Origin: Oscillospiraceae bacterium
Lineage (GTDB): Bacteria > Bacillota > Clostridia > Oscillospirales > CAG-272
Assembly: GCA_015065105.1 (NCBI GenBank)
Contig: SVQZ01000009.1
Location: 7,134-71,133 of the forward strand
DNA length: 64,000 bases
Reading direction: 5' to 3'
A program made the translations under genes and the position numbers. Under the pieces are notes generated by a model. That model ran no database searches and was not told the origin of the DNA. It saw only the letters and a program-made list of their open reading frames with translations. The first letter of the stretch is position 1; each line of letters begins with the position of its first letter. Below, piece after piece: positions 8,794 to 17,634 of the stretch.

Positions 8794-9933
8794 ATGGATC
8801 TCAAGGAAATAAGAAATAGGATAGACGTTATAGACGATGAAATATTAAAGCTTTTCACCGAAAGAATGGAAACTGTAAAGGAGGTTGCGGAATATAAAAG
8901 AGCAAAGAATCTCCCCACCTTAAATTCACAGAGAGAAAGAGATATAATTGCCCGTGTAACCGACGGTATGGATGACGAAATGGCTTCCTACACAAAATCT
9001 CTCTATTCAACCATGTTTGAGGTTTCCCGTTCTTATCAGAACCATGCCAATTTTGACAGTGAAAGCGCAAAGCAAAAGATAAAGAGTGCTTGTCTTCCCG
9101 CTGAAGCTTTATTCCCGAAAAGCGCAGTTGTTGCCTGTCAGGGTGTAGAGGGCTCAAACTCTCAGATAGCCTGTGACAAGCTCTTTGACAGACCTAAGAT
9201 AATGTATCTTTCATCCTTTGATTCTGTATTCACAGCCGTTGATAAGGGCTTGTGCCGTTACGGTATCCTCCCTATAGAAAACTCTCTTCACGGCTCTGTA
9301 ACCCAGGTATATGACCTTATGAAGAAGTACAGCTTCCATATCGTAAGAAGCGCAAGAGTCAAAATAGACCATATGCTCCTTGCTAACCCCGGTGTTAAAG
9401 CAGAAGATATAAAGGAAATATATTCCCATGAGCAGGCATTAGCACAGTGCAGTGAATATTTAAAGGAATTAAAGAACGTTAAGATAATTCCCTGCGAGAA
9501 CACCGCCGTTGCCGCTAAAATGGTGCTTGAATCGGGCAGGAGCGACGTTGCGGCGATCTCCTCAAAGAACTGCGCCGAGCTTTATAATCTCTGTGTTTTA
9601 AATGACAATATCCAGAACAGCGCAAATAACTACACACGCTTCATCTGTATAGCAAAGGAGCTTGAGATCTATCCCGGCGCCAACAAGATCAGTGTAATGC
9701 TCAACCTTCCCCACCGTCCCGGCTCGCTTTACGAAATGATATCAAAGTTTTCTGTTTTGGGAGTCAACCTCACGAAATTAGAAAGCCGTCCCATTCCCGG
9801 AAGAGACTTTGAGTTCACCTTCTACGTTGATTTTGATGCTTCCGTATATTCAGAAGAAATACTTACGCTTGTAGCATCTCTCGAGGAATCCCCCGATTTC
9901 TTCTCATTTTTAGGTAACTATTCGGAGATTTAA
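8794..9933 (+). CDS. pheA: Bifunctional chorismate mutase / prephenate dehydratase with a C-terminal ACT domain
   Basis: N-terminal AroQ-type chorismate mutase (LKEIRNRIDVIDDEILKLFTERM), a prephenate dehydratase core (VACQGVEGSNSQ), and an ACT region (ISVMLNLPHRPGSLYEM..LTKLESRP). Confidence 0.9.
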   Translation: MDLKEIRNRIDVIDDEILKLFTERMETVKEVAEYKRAKNLPTLNSQRERDIIARVTDGMDDEMASYTKSLYSTMFEVSRSYQNHANFDSESAKQKIKSACLPAEALFPKSAVVACQGVEGSNSQIACDKLFDRPKIMYLSSFDSVFTAVDKGLCRYGILPIENSLHGSVTQVYDLMKKYSFHIVRSARVKIDHMLLANPGVKAEDIKEIYSHEQALAQCSEYLKELKNVKIIPCENTAVAAKMVLESGRSDVAAISSKNCAELYNLCVLNDNIQNSANNYTRFICIAKELEIYPGANKISVMLNLPHRPGSLYEMISKFSVLGVNLTKLESRPIPGRDFEFTFYVDFDASVYSEEILTLVASLEESPDFFSFLGNYSEI

Positions 9934-9934
9934 A

Positions 9935-11167
9935 ATGAAATCCTCTTACGGACTGATAGGTAAAAAATTAGGGCACAGCTTTTCTGTGCCAATACACAAT
10001 ATGCTCGGCAACCCCGGCTATACTCTCTGCGAGATAGCACCGAAAGAGCTTGAAGCCTTTATAAAAGCGAAAGAATTCAAAGGAATTAACGTTACTATTC
10101 CCTATAAGACCGACGTTATTCCGTGGCTTGATGAAATTTCGGAAAGGGCAAAAAGAATAGGCTCGGTAAATACCGTAGTTAACAAAAACGGAAAGCTTTA
10201 CGGAGATAATACCGATTATTTCGGCTTTTCCTATATGGCACACCATGCAGGAATAAGCTTTGAGGATAAAAAGGTTGTAATATTCGGTACGGGAGGAACC
10301 AGCCTTACCGCAAGGACCGTTGCTGAAGATGAGGGCGCAAAAGAGATAGTAATTGTGGGAAGACGCTCTGAAAATAATTACGATAATCTCTATCTTCATT
10401 ATGACGCGGATATAATCATCAATACCACTCCCGTTGGTATGTACCCCGACGTTGAAGCCTGTGTTGCCGATCTTGAAAGCTTTGAGAAGTTATGCGGAGT
10501 TATAGACGTTATATATAATCCTATACGTACAGATCTTCTTCTGCAGGCGCAAAAGAGGGGTATTCCCTTTACAAACGGTATGCCGATGCTTGTAGCTCAG
10601 GCAAAGACTGCCCATGAGCTCTTTCTTGATGCAAAAATCGACGATTCGGTAATTGAAGCTATTACAAAAGCTCTTGAAAGGGATAAAAGAAATATTATCT
10701 TTATAGGTATGCCCGGCTGCGGTAAAACAACCTTAAGCAATATCATTGCATCAAAGCTTGACCGTGATATTATAGATACCGATGACATGATAACAGTCTC
10801 TGAAGGTATATCTATTCCCGAAATATTTGATAAATACGGTGAGGAATATTTCAGAGACGCAGAAAGCAGGGCTGTCAAAGAAGCGTGTATTTCAAACGGT
10901 AAGGTAATAGCTACAGGCGGAGGTGCGGTCCTGCGCGAGGAAAACCGTAAAGCAATTATGCGTAATTCTCTCGTTATATGGCTTCGTGCCGATGCAGAAA
11001 AATTAGCTACCTCAGGACGTCCTCTTTCAAAGGATATCGATTCCCTGCGAAAAATGGAAAAGTATCGTTATCCTCTTTACAAAGAGTGCGCCGACGTTGT
11101 TATCGACGTTGACCCTGACAATACAGAATCAAATATAACGGAAATTGAAAAATGGCTGTCGGTCTGA
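9935..11167 (+). CDS. aroE: Fused shikimate dehydrogenase (N-terminal) and shikimate kinase (C-terminal)
   Basis: N-terminal half has NVTIPYK, NTD and GTGG motifs of AroE. C-terminal half has IFIGMPGCGKTT (P-loop) and GGGAVLREENR of AroK. Confidence 0.85.
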   Translation: MKSSYGLIGKKLGHSFSVPIHNMLGNPGYTLCEIAPKELEAFIKAKEFKGINVTIPYKTDVIPWLDEISERAKRIGSVNTVVNKNGKLYGDNTDYFGFSYMAHHAGISFEDKKVVIFGTGGTSLTARTVAEDEGAKEIVIVGRRSENNYDNLYLHYDADIIINTTPVGMYPDVEACVADLESFEKLCGVIDVIYNPIRTDLLLQAQKRGIPFTNGMPMLVAQAKTAHELFLDAKIDDSVIEAITKALERDKRNIIFIGMPGCGKTTLSNIIASKLDRDIIDTDDMITVSEGISIPEIFDKYGEEYFRDAESRAVKEACISNGKVIATGGGAVLREENRKAIMRNSLVIWLRADAEKLATSGRPLSKDIDSLRKMEKYRYPLYKECADVVIDVDPDNTESNITEIEKWLSV

Positions 11168-11179
11168 CAGCCATTTTTC
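11154..11179 (+). terminator. Bidirectional-type terminator at the end of the aro operon
   Basis: Stem ggctgtc/gacagcc (the stop codon is inside the stem), flanked by AAAAA upstream and TTTTT downstream. Confidence 0.7.
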
Positions 11180-11182
11180 TTT

Positions 11183-11283
11183 AAATTTATAGGAAATTGC
11201 TCAACCTCGTGAGATCGAAGAATCGATTGATCACTGATTGTTGGGGCGGAATTGGGTGCAGCAACTTGCCGTTTATTTATTTA
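11183..11283 (+). repeat. Copy A of an approximately 90-nt intergenic element (candidate small RNA)
   Basis: 5' box TTATAGGAAATTG (11187-11199), central stem-loop 11209-11234, 3' hairpin 11258-11272 next to the galT stop, then a T-rich tail. Its reverse complement matches 28314-28406 with 6 substitutions and 1 indel. Confidence 0.7.
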
Positions 11284-12769
11284 TGTAATCAACAAATCTA
11301 AGGAATGCGCTCTGCCCATCGGGATTTCTCTTATAAACACCCGAATCAAGAAGAACCTCGAGATACACCTTGCCTATCTCTTCCTCTATGATCTTACCTG
11401 CATTTTCAGCATTGAATCCGGGATGGTTTCTTCTTATATCGTCTGCCCAGCGTGCATGATGCTCAAGAGCGGGTATAAGGTGGATATCCTCCCCCTGAAG
11501 CATTGCCATTTCAAGCATAGCTATCTCCTTGCATAAACGTCCGGGAAGAACGGCAAGACCCATGACCTCAATAAGACCGATATTTTCCTTTTTGATATTG
11601 TGTAAGGCGGGGTTCGGATGGAATACACCGAGGGGGCGCTTTTCGCTTGTGATATTATTACGCAGCACAAGATCGCATTCATAAGCGTTACCCTTCTTTC
11701 TCATGATCGGAGTAACGGTATTATGAGGGGTATCCTCGGTAAATGCGTAAATACCGACGCTTTCATCAGAATATCCTCTCCACTTTTCAAGAATCAGGTT
11801 AGCGCATTCGCATACCTCCTCCTTGACCTCGCTTGAAAGACGGATGACCGACATAGGCCATTTTACAATACCCGCCGCAACGTCGGAATATTCGTTTATC
11901 TTTATTTTCCTTTCAATGGGTGCAGTTTCCATTGCAAAGGTATATCTGCCACCCTGGAAATGCTCATGGGTAAGAATAGAACCGCCGACAATAGGAAGAT
12001 CGGCATTGGAACCCACGAAATAATGGGGAAGAAAATCAAGTATATCGCAGAGCTTGTAGAATACCGCCCTGTCAATCTTCATAGGTATATGCTTTTCGTT
12101 AAAGAAAATACAATGCTCGTTATAATATCCGTAAGGAGAATATTGAAAAAACCAATTCTCCTTCTGTACCTCAAAGCTTATGGGACGAAGATTCTGTCTT
12201 GCGGGATGATTTGCTCTGCCCGCATATCCCATATTCTCCGGACAAAGCTGACACTTAGGGTATGAAGCGGCCTTTTGTGTCGCGAGCATTGCTATATCCC
12301 TGGGGTCCTTTTCAGGCTTGGAGAGATTGATTGTAACATCAAGCTCACCGTATTCGCAATTATATTTCCATTTAGCATCCTTTGCCATTCTGCCTGCACG
12401 AACGTAGTTAAGATCCTTGCTTTGCTCGTAATAAAAATCGGTTGCCTTTTCGCAGTCTATAAAATAGAAGCCGTAAAACATCTCCATGACCTCACGGGGC
12501 ATGGGGGTCACTACACCCATCAGCTTTGTATCAAACAGATCTCTTGAATTTACGGTATCGTTGATAATGCCCTTTTCAACGGCATGATCAACGAGTACGG
12601 TAAGTATTTCATCTATGCTCTTTTCCTCACGGCCCTCTCCCGGGTCGATCCATTCCTCAACCTTCAAAAGATCCATCAGATAATTGCGGATAACGTAAAC
12701 GTCACAATCAACAATAAGATCCTTTTTTAATGCATAATCAATTAAATCACCTATAGCTTTACAGATCAT
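11273..12769 (-). CDS. galT: Galactose-1-phosphate uridylyltransferase (long type-2 form, about 500 aa, as in Firmicutes)
   Basis: 498 aa with a good SD. Overall resemblance to type-2 GalT, for example CQLCPENMGY, GSILTHEHFQGG. Confidence 0.85.
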   Translation of the reverse strand: MICKAIGDLIDYALKKDLIVDCDVYVIRNYLMDLLKVEEWIDPGEGREEKSIDEILTVLVDHAVEKGIINDTVNSRDLFDTKLMGVVTPMPREVMEMFYGFYFIDCEKATDFYYEQSKDLNYVRAGRMAKDAKWKYNCEYGELDVTINLSKPEKDPRDIAMLATQKAASYPKCQLCPENMGYAGRANHPARQNLRPISFEVQKENWFFQYSPYGYYNEHCIFFNEKHIPMKIDRAVFYKLCDILDFLPHYFVGSNADLPIVGGSILTHEHFQGGRYTFAMETAPIERKIKINEYSDVAAGIVKWPMSVIRLSSEVKEEVCECANLILEKWRGYSDESVGIYAFTEDTPHNTVTPIMRKKGNAYECDLVLRNNITSEKRPLGVFHPNPALHNIKKENIGLIEVMGLAVLPGRLCKEIAMLEMAMLQGEDIHLIPALEHHARWADDIRRNHPGFNAENAGKIIEEEIGKVYLEVLLDSGVYKRNPDGQSAFLRFVDYINK

Positions 12770-12881
12770 TATTCTTCTCCATTGTATAATAATACATTAT
12801 TATATCATATTTTCCCTTTATAATCAACACTTTTTGCAAAAGAATTTATACATCATAAGATGTATTTTTAAAGACAAATTG

Positions 12882-12910
12882 TTGACTTGAAACCGTTAAT
12901 ATGGTAAAAT
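12882..12910 (+). promoter_or_regulatory. Promoter of the glycoside hydrolase gene
   Basis: TTGACT, 17-nt spacer ending in TGG, then TAAAAT (extended -10). Confidence 0.5.
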
Positions 12911-12941
12911 TAAATATATATACTTAAAGGACGGATTTATA

Positions 12942-15833
12942 ATGGATAAGTTTATTAAAGATATTGAAAACAAAAGCGGAGAATACGGAAGTATCCCCTT
13001 CTGGAGCTGGAACGATAAGCTCAATAAGGAAGATCTTATCCGTCAGATCCACGATATGAAGCGCCTTAATATGAAGGGCTTCTTTATGCACGCAAGAAGC
13101 GGTCTTGAGACCGAGTATTTAAGCGAAGAATGGTATGACTGTATCAATGCTTGTATAGCAGAAGCAAAGAAGCTCGGCATGGAGGCATGGGCATATGATG
13201 AAAACGGATGGCCCAGCGGCTTTGCAGGCGGTAAGCTTCTTACCTGCGATGAAAATTATGCTCATTGGCTCGATTACAAGCTTCTTGATCATTTTGACCC
13301 AGATGCTTTTGCGGTATATCAGTTAAAGGATAACAGATCCGTAAGAATAACCGGTGATATGGGTGAAGGTGAATATCACACCCTCTACCGTATGGCTGAC
13401 AACTCATACGTTGATACCATGAATCCCAGGATCACAAAGGAATTCATAGAGCTTACCTATGAGGATTACAGACAAAAATGCGGCGATGAATTCGGCAAGA
13501 CCATGCCCGGATTCTTTACCGACGAGCCCCAATATTATCGTTGGCATACGGTATGGTCGGATATGCTCTTGACAGAGTTTGCTTGTGCTTACGGCTATGA
13601 CGTTATGGACGGACTTTTAGCTCTCTTTGTTGACTATGAGGATTCAGAATGCTTCAGGCACGATTACTATAAGATCTGCCACCGCCTCTTTACCGAAAAT
13701 TTCATAAAGATCGTATATGAATGGTGTGAGGAACACGGCGCACAGATAACAGGTCATGCTATCGAAGAAAAATTCCTTGTTGGTCAGATGTGGTGCTGCG
13801 GCGGCATCATGCCCTTCTATGAATATATGTCCATACCCGGAGTTGACTACCTCGGCAAGGGTGCGGGCAATGACATTTCCCATAAGCAGGTAGGCTCTGT
13901 TGCGGCACAGATGGGCAGAAAAAAGGTTATGTCCGAAATGTTTGCCTGCTGCGGATGGGATATTACCCCTCTGCGCTTAAAGCAGGTTGCAGAGCATCAA
14001 TATTACGGCGGCGTAAATATGATGTGTCAGCATCTCTATCCCCTGTCTATCCGCGGTCAGCGTAAGCGTGACTACCCCTGCTTCTATTCAGAGCATAATC
14101 CCTGGCAGTCTGCCTTAGAAGAATTCAATACGTATTTCAACCGTCTCGGCTATACTACCTCACGAGGTGTCGAAAAGGCTGACATACTTGTGATCCATCC
14201 TATCAGAACAGCTTACCTTGATTATTTCAGAGACGAGGTGACTCCTGCTTTGGCAGAGCTTGAAGCAAACTTTGCAAACTGCACCAACTGTCTCTCCCAG
14301 AATCAGCTCCTTTATCATTACGGTGATGAAACTCTTATGGCAAAGTACGGAAGAGTTGAGGGTAATACAATAATTATAGGCAAATGCAGCTATGATAAGG
14401 TAGTTCTTCCCAAGATGAAAACGATGGATAAAAATACCGCTGATATGTTAAAGCAGTATTTGGCAAACGGCGGTAAGCTTGCGGTTTACGGCGATACTCT
14501 TCCTACATATATCGACGGCAGAAAGGCTGATATGTCCTGGCTTGTACCCAACGCTACCATCGGAGACTACTGCGATGAAAACGAGATAAAGGTTCGTTAT
14601 AACGGTGCTGAGGCTCTTATGATAAGGGTACAGGCAAGAAGACTTGAAAACGGCAAGCGACTCTACTACATTCTCAATCTCTCGCACAAGGAAGAGTATA
14701 AAGACGTAGTATTTGAAATCAAGAATGTTGACTATATGGCGATCATCGACATGGAAACCCTTAAAACACAGGGCATTCCCGCCGAGAAGACCGCCGACGG
14801 TATTAAGTTCACCCTTGATTTTGAAAAGATACAGTCCTATATTCTCATTGAAGAGGATGTACCTAAGGCAGAAAAGAAAGACCTTACTCCTGCCGGTCAC
14901 AGCGAATTCAAGGTTGTAAATAAAATTGAAAACTCGTACACACTTGATTATGCAAGAATATCCTATGACGGCAAAGAGTTCTCCGAGCTCCGTCCTATAG
15001 TACGTATAAAGGACAATCTTCTTTTCGAGCGTTATGAGGGCAAGGTGTGGCTCAAGTTTGAATTCGACCTCGAATCTGTTCCGGAAGACGTAAATGTTGC
15101 AATCGAACGTCTTGCATCTCAAAAAGCTTACGTCAACGGTACCGAAATTGAAATATCCGATACCGAATGGTGGCTCGACCGCCACATATCGGCAAACAAG
15201 ATAACCGGCCTTCTTAAGGAGGGTATCAACGAAATAGTTCTTGAAATTGACTATTTCCAGAGAGATTACGTTTATTACGTTCTCTACGGCGGCGTTTCCG
15301 AATCGCTTCGTAACTGTCTCTGTTTCGATACCGAAATTGAATCCATCTACCTCTTCGGTGATTTTGAGGTAATGACAGAAGCGGATAAATATGAATCACA
15401 TCCCCGTAACTACCTGGCATATACAGGCACCTTCAAGGCAAGAAAGACCCAAGGCTCGATCGATCTTGAAAACATCGTTGAAAGCGGATATCCTTTCTTT
15501 AAGGGCGATATTACCGTTGAATGCGAATATACGGGCGGAGGCAAGGAGTTCTATCTTGACGGTGTTTACAGCTGTGCGGAGGTATATTTGAACTCAGAGC
15601 TTGTAAAAAAGCTTCTCTTTACAAACCATTGTACCCTTGAAAACGTTAAGCCCGGCGACAAGATATCCTGCAAGGTATATCAATCTCCCTTTAACCTTTT
15701 GGGCGTTCACCACCGTAATGATATAGAGGTATATGCCTCACCCGATATGTTCGCTTTTGAAAAGGAATGGGACGGTGCCGACTGTCCCGGTTATACAGAT
15801 AGATACGCGCTTAAAAAATTCTCAATAAAGTAA
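12942..15833 (+). CDS. Large glycoside hydrolase-like protein (GH106-like / jelly-roll domain type; family assignment tentative)
   Basis: 963 aa. The N-terminal PFWSWNDKL..GFFMHARSGL..YLSEEW..AWAYDENGWPSGFAGG pattern is one I associate with this uncharacterised GH-like family. No signal peptide. Confidence 0.55.
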   Translation: MDKFIKDIENKSGEYGSIPFWSWNDKLNKEDLIRQIHDMKRLNMKGFFMHARSGLETEYLSEEWYDCINACIAEAKKLGMEAWAYDENGWPSGFAGGKLLTCDENYAHWLDYKLLDHFDPDAFAVYQLKDNRSVRITGDMGEGEYHTLYRMADNSYVDTMNPRITKEFIELTYEDYRQKCGDEFGKTMPGFFTDEPQYYRWHTVWSDMLLTEFACAYGYDVMDGLLALFVDYEDSECFRHDYYKICHRLFTENFIKIVYEWCEEHGAQITGHAIEEKFLVGQMWCCGGIMPFYEYMSIPGVDYLGKGAGNDISHKQVGSVAAQMGRKKVMSEMFACCGWDITPLRLKQVAEHQYYGGVNMMCQHLYPLSIRGQRKRDYPCFYSEHNPWQSALEEFNTYFNRLGYTTSRGVEKADILVIHPIRTAYLDYFRDEVTPALAELEANFANCTNCLSQNQLLYHYGDETLMAKYGRVEGNTIIIGKCSYDKVVLPKMKTMDKNTADMLKQYLANGGKLAVYGDTLPTYIDGRKADMSWLVPNATIGDYCDENEIKVRYNGAEALMIRVQARRLENGKRLYYILNLSHKEEYKDVVFEIKNVDYMAIIDMETLKTQGIPAEKTADGIKFTLDFEKIQSYILIEEDVPKAEKKDLTPAGHSEFKVVNKIENSYTLDYARISYDGKEFSELRPIVRIKDNLLFERYEGKVWLKFEFDLESVPEDVNVAIERLASQKAYVNGTEIEISDTEWWLDRHISANKITGLLKEGINEIVLEIDYFQRDYVYYVLYGGVSESLRNCLCFDTEIESIYLFGDFEVMTEADKYESHPRNYLAYTGTFKARKTQGSIDLENIVESGYPFFKGDITVECEYTGGGKEFYLDGVYSCAEVYLNSELVKKLLFTNHCTLENVKPGDKISCKVYQSPFNLLGVHHRNDIEVYASPDMFAFEKEWDGADCPGYTDRYALKKFSIK

Positions 15834-15844
15834 GGAAATAATTA

Positions 15845-17212
15845 ATGAAATACGATTTAACATCGGTGATATCCTCGATAATCAAAGCAAAGGGCGAGGA
15901 TATCATCGACAGACCCGATGAATTCATGCGAGTGCTTTTGGCAAGCGCACCCGATACAGAGCCCCTTGCCCCCACGATATATGCGGCACTTGTAAACGGT
16001 GCCGTAATGATAATAGCGCAAGGAAAGAACGACGATGCCGTCGGACAAACCAACTCGGTTAAGATAGCAATTGAGATACTTATAAACGAGGCCGGCGCAG
16101 ACAAAGACAAGGCGATCGAGGTTGCAGTAAGCTTTGCCGCAGCCTTAGGATATGTATTCGGTGAGGAAAAGAGTGATACACAGCTTATCGAGGATGCAAA
16201 GGCTCATATTCAAAAGAAGGAATATGATGAAGCAATAAAGCTTTTAAATGGTCTTGATGCCAAAGGTAATTCTGACGCGGCATTCCTGCTCGCCAATATA
16301 TACTATAACGGAATAGGTGTTCCGGTTTCCTATAAAAAGACCATCAGCTTTCTTGAAAAAGCAAAGACACCCGATTCTATTAATATGCTTGCCCGCTTAT
16401 ATGCAGAGGGCAAGGGATGTACAAAGGATACCAAAAAAGCGGTTTCCCTATGGGAGGAGGCGGCGTCCCTCGGCTCTGCCACAGCAGAATACCAGCTTGG
16501 CGTGATCTATTTGAACGGTATTTTAGGTATAAAAGCCGATATCAAAAAAGCAACAGCTTATATTAAATCATCCGCAAAAAAAGGCTTTGCGCCTGCACAG
16601 AAGGCATTATCCGCTTTACCTAAAGAGCATACCGCCCTTACAGTGGATGAAATATCCGAGCTCGAAGAAGCAAGTAACAAGGGGGATATAAAGGCAGCCT
16701 ATTCCCTTGCCAACGCTTATTTCAAGGGCGACGGAGTTCTTCAGAGTAAAACAAAGGCTATAGAGCTTTATACCAAAGCGGCAAATGACGGACATTTTCC
16801 TTCCATGGTAGCACTTATAACAAGATACACGATAGATGCAAGCATTGTTCCCGTATGGACTGCGGCAAAGTATTGGTATGAAAAGGCGAAGAGCACAAAC
16901 AAAGCGAAATTAAACGTTATACACCCCGATCTAATAACCGGCGAGGAATTATATCTCAAGGTCCCTAAAACCGCAAAAAACAAGCGCGAACGTTACGAGG
17001 AGGCGGCAAAGAAGGGGTACGTAACAGCTTATACCGAAATAGGCAAGATGTATAAGATAGATTCAAAGGCAGTTCCCTATCTTAAATTAGCCGCAGACCG
17101 CGGTGATAAGGAGGCACTCGAGCTTCTCATCCCCAAGCTTACAGATCAGAAAGAAGCCGAAGCTTACCAAAAGCTTTTGGATTACGTAAATACGGTAGTT
17201 AGTACATTATAA
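15845..17212 (+). CDS. Sel1-repeat (TPR-like) protein
   Basis: Multiple Sel1 units, for example AAFLLANIYYNGIGV, LARLYAEGKGCTKD, AEYQLGVIYLNG, YSLANAYFKGDGV. Confidence 0.85.
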   Translation: MKYDLTSVISSIIKAKGEDIIDRPDEFMRVLLASAPDTEPLAPTIYAALVNGAVMIIAQGKNDDAVGQTNSVKIAIEILINEAGADKDKAIEVAVSFAAALGYVFGEEKSDTQLIEDAKAHIQKKEYDEAIKLLNGLDAKGNSDAAFLLANIYYNGIGVPVSYKKTISFLEKAKTPDSINMLARLYAEGKGCTKDTKKAVSLWEEAASLGSATAEYQLGVIYLNGILGIKADIKKATAYIKSSAKKGFAPAQKALSALPKEHTALTVDEISELEEASNKGDIKAAYSLANAYFKGDGVLQSKTKAIELYTKAANDGHFPSMVALITRYTIDASIVPVWTAAKYWYEKAKSTNKAKLNVIHPDLITGEELYLKVPKTAKNKRERYEEAAKKGYVTAYTEIGKMYKIDSKAVPYLKLAADRGDKEALELLIPKLTDQKEAEAYQKLLDYVNTVVSTL

Positions 17213-17240
17213 CAATAATTGAGGCTGTAAAAAAAGCCTG

Positions 17241-17280
17241 AAAAAAAAGGAACCATCGAAAAAGACGGTTCCTTTAAGTT
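17241..17280. terminator. Bidirectional terminator
   Basis: Stem ggaaccatc/gacggttcc (one mismatch) with A8 upstream and a T-rich stretch downstream. It is stronger for the minus strand. Confidence 0.6.
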
Positions 17281-17412
17281 TTGCATCAAAAAACTAAAAT
17301 GTGTGCAAATAAGGGTACACAAACAAAACTGCAGCCAAATACGGTAAAAAACGTTGTGGATGATCTGTATTTAAGGTCTCCGAGCTTTTTTCTCGTTTTG
17401 CCTTGTCAAGAC

Positions 17413-17523
17413 ACATCGAATTCATCAAAGATGAATATATCGAGTTGCTTGCAACATATCGAGTTTGCCTTTGGCAAATATATCGACAGCAGGGGATGAT
17501 CCCCTGCACCCTCCCGTATCGAG
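17413..17523. repeat. Array of 5 direct ATATCGAG-type repeats interleaved with 4 different perfect palindromes
   Basis: acATCGAa | ttcatc-aaa-gatgaa | tATATCGAG | ttgc-tt-gcaa | cATATCGAG | tttgcc-ttt-ggcaaa | tATATCGAC | gcagggga-tga-tcccctgc | ...gTATCGAG. Confidence 0.75.
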
Positions 17524-17599
17524 CGTAGAGTTGGATATAGCTGTTTTTTTAATGTCCGAAATAAAGTACGGTATTTTGTGAACAGAGTTCAAAAGAAAA

Positions 17600-17634
17600 A
17601 CGAACGAGAAAAAACTCGTCCGTTTGTTGTTTTT
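17600..17634. terminator. Bidirectional terminator inside the non-coding gap
   Basis: Stem acgaacgag/ctcgtccgt (one mismatch), A-run upstream and TTGTTGTTTTT downstream. Confidence 0.6.

Noticed and set aside
11197-11311. A small Cys-containing peptide (..LITDCWGGIGCSNLP..) can be read through element copy A, and likewise through copy B1
   Set aside because: Five of the six substitutions between A and B1 are non-synonymous. The start is TTG in A and an ATG only 2 nt from the AGGA in B1. The frame is not preserved in copies B2, D or E.
12887-12901. cre-like site TTGAAACCGTTAATA in the glycoside hydrolase promoter spacer
   Set aside because: It has one mismatch to the CcpA consensus at a conserved C, poor dyad symmetry, and occurs only once. 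Too weak to call.
12882-12910. Promoter at 12882-12910 shares TAATATGGTAAAAT and a nearby AACCGT with the promoter at 61542-61570, suggesting a common operator
   Set aside because: A 14-mer shared once within 64 kb is expected by chance. Most of the match is consensus extended -10 sequence, and the AACCGT words are offset by 1 nt.
17355-17363. DnaA-box-like TGTGGATGA near the repeat array
   Set aside because: Single copy with one mismatch to TGTGGATAA. No cluster of boxes.
17413-17634. Type III toxin-antitoxin (ToxI-like repeat RNA followed by a terminator)
   Set aside because: The repeat units are short (19-36 nt) and heterogeneous rather than identical units of about 36 nt. No endoribonuclease-like ORF follows the terminator. 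The next gene lies 375 nt away and is a replication protein.
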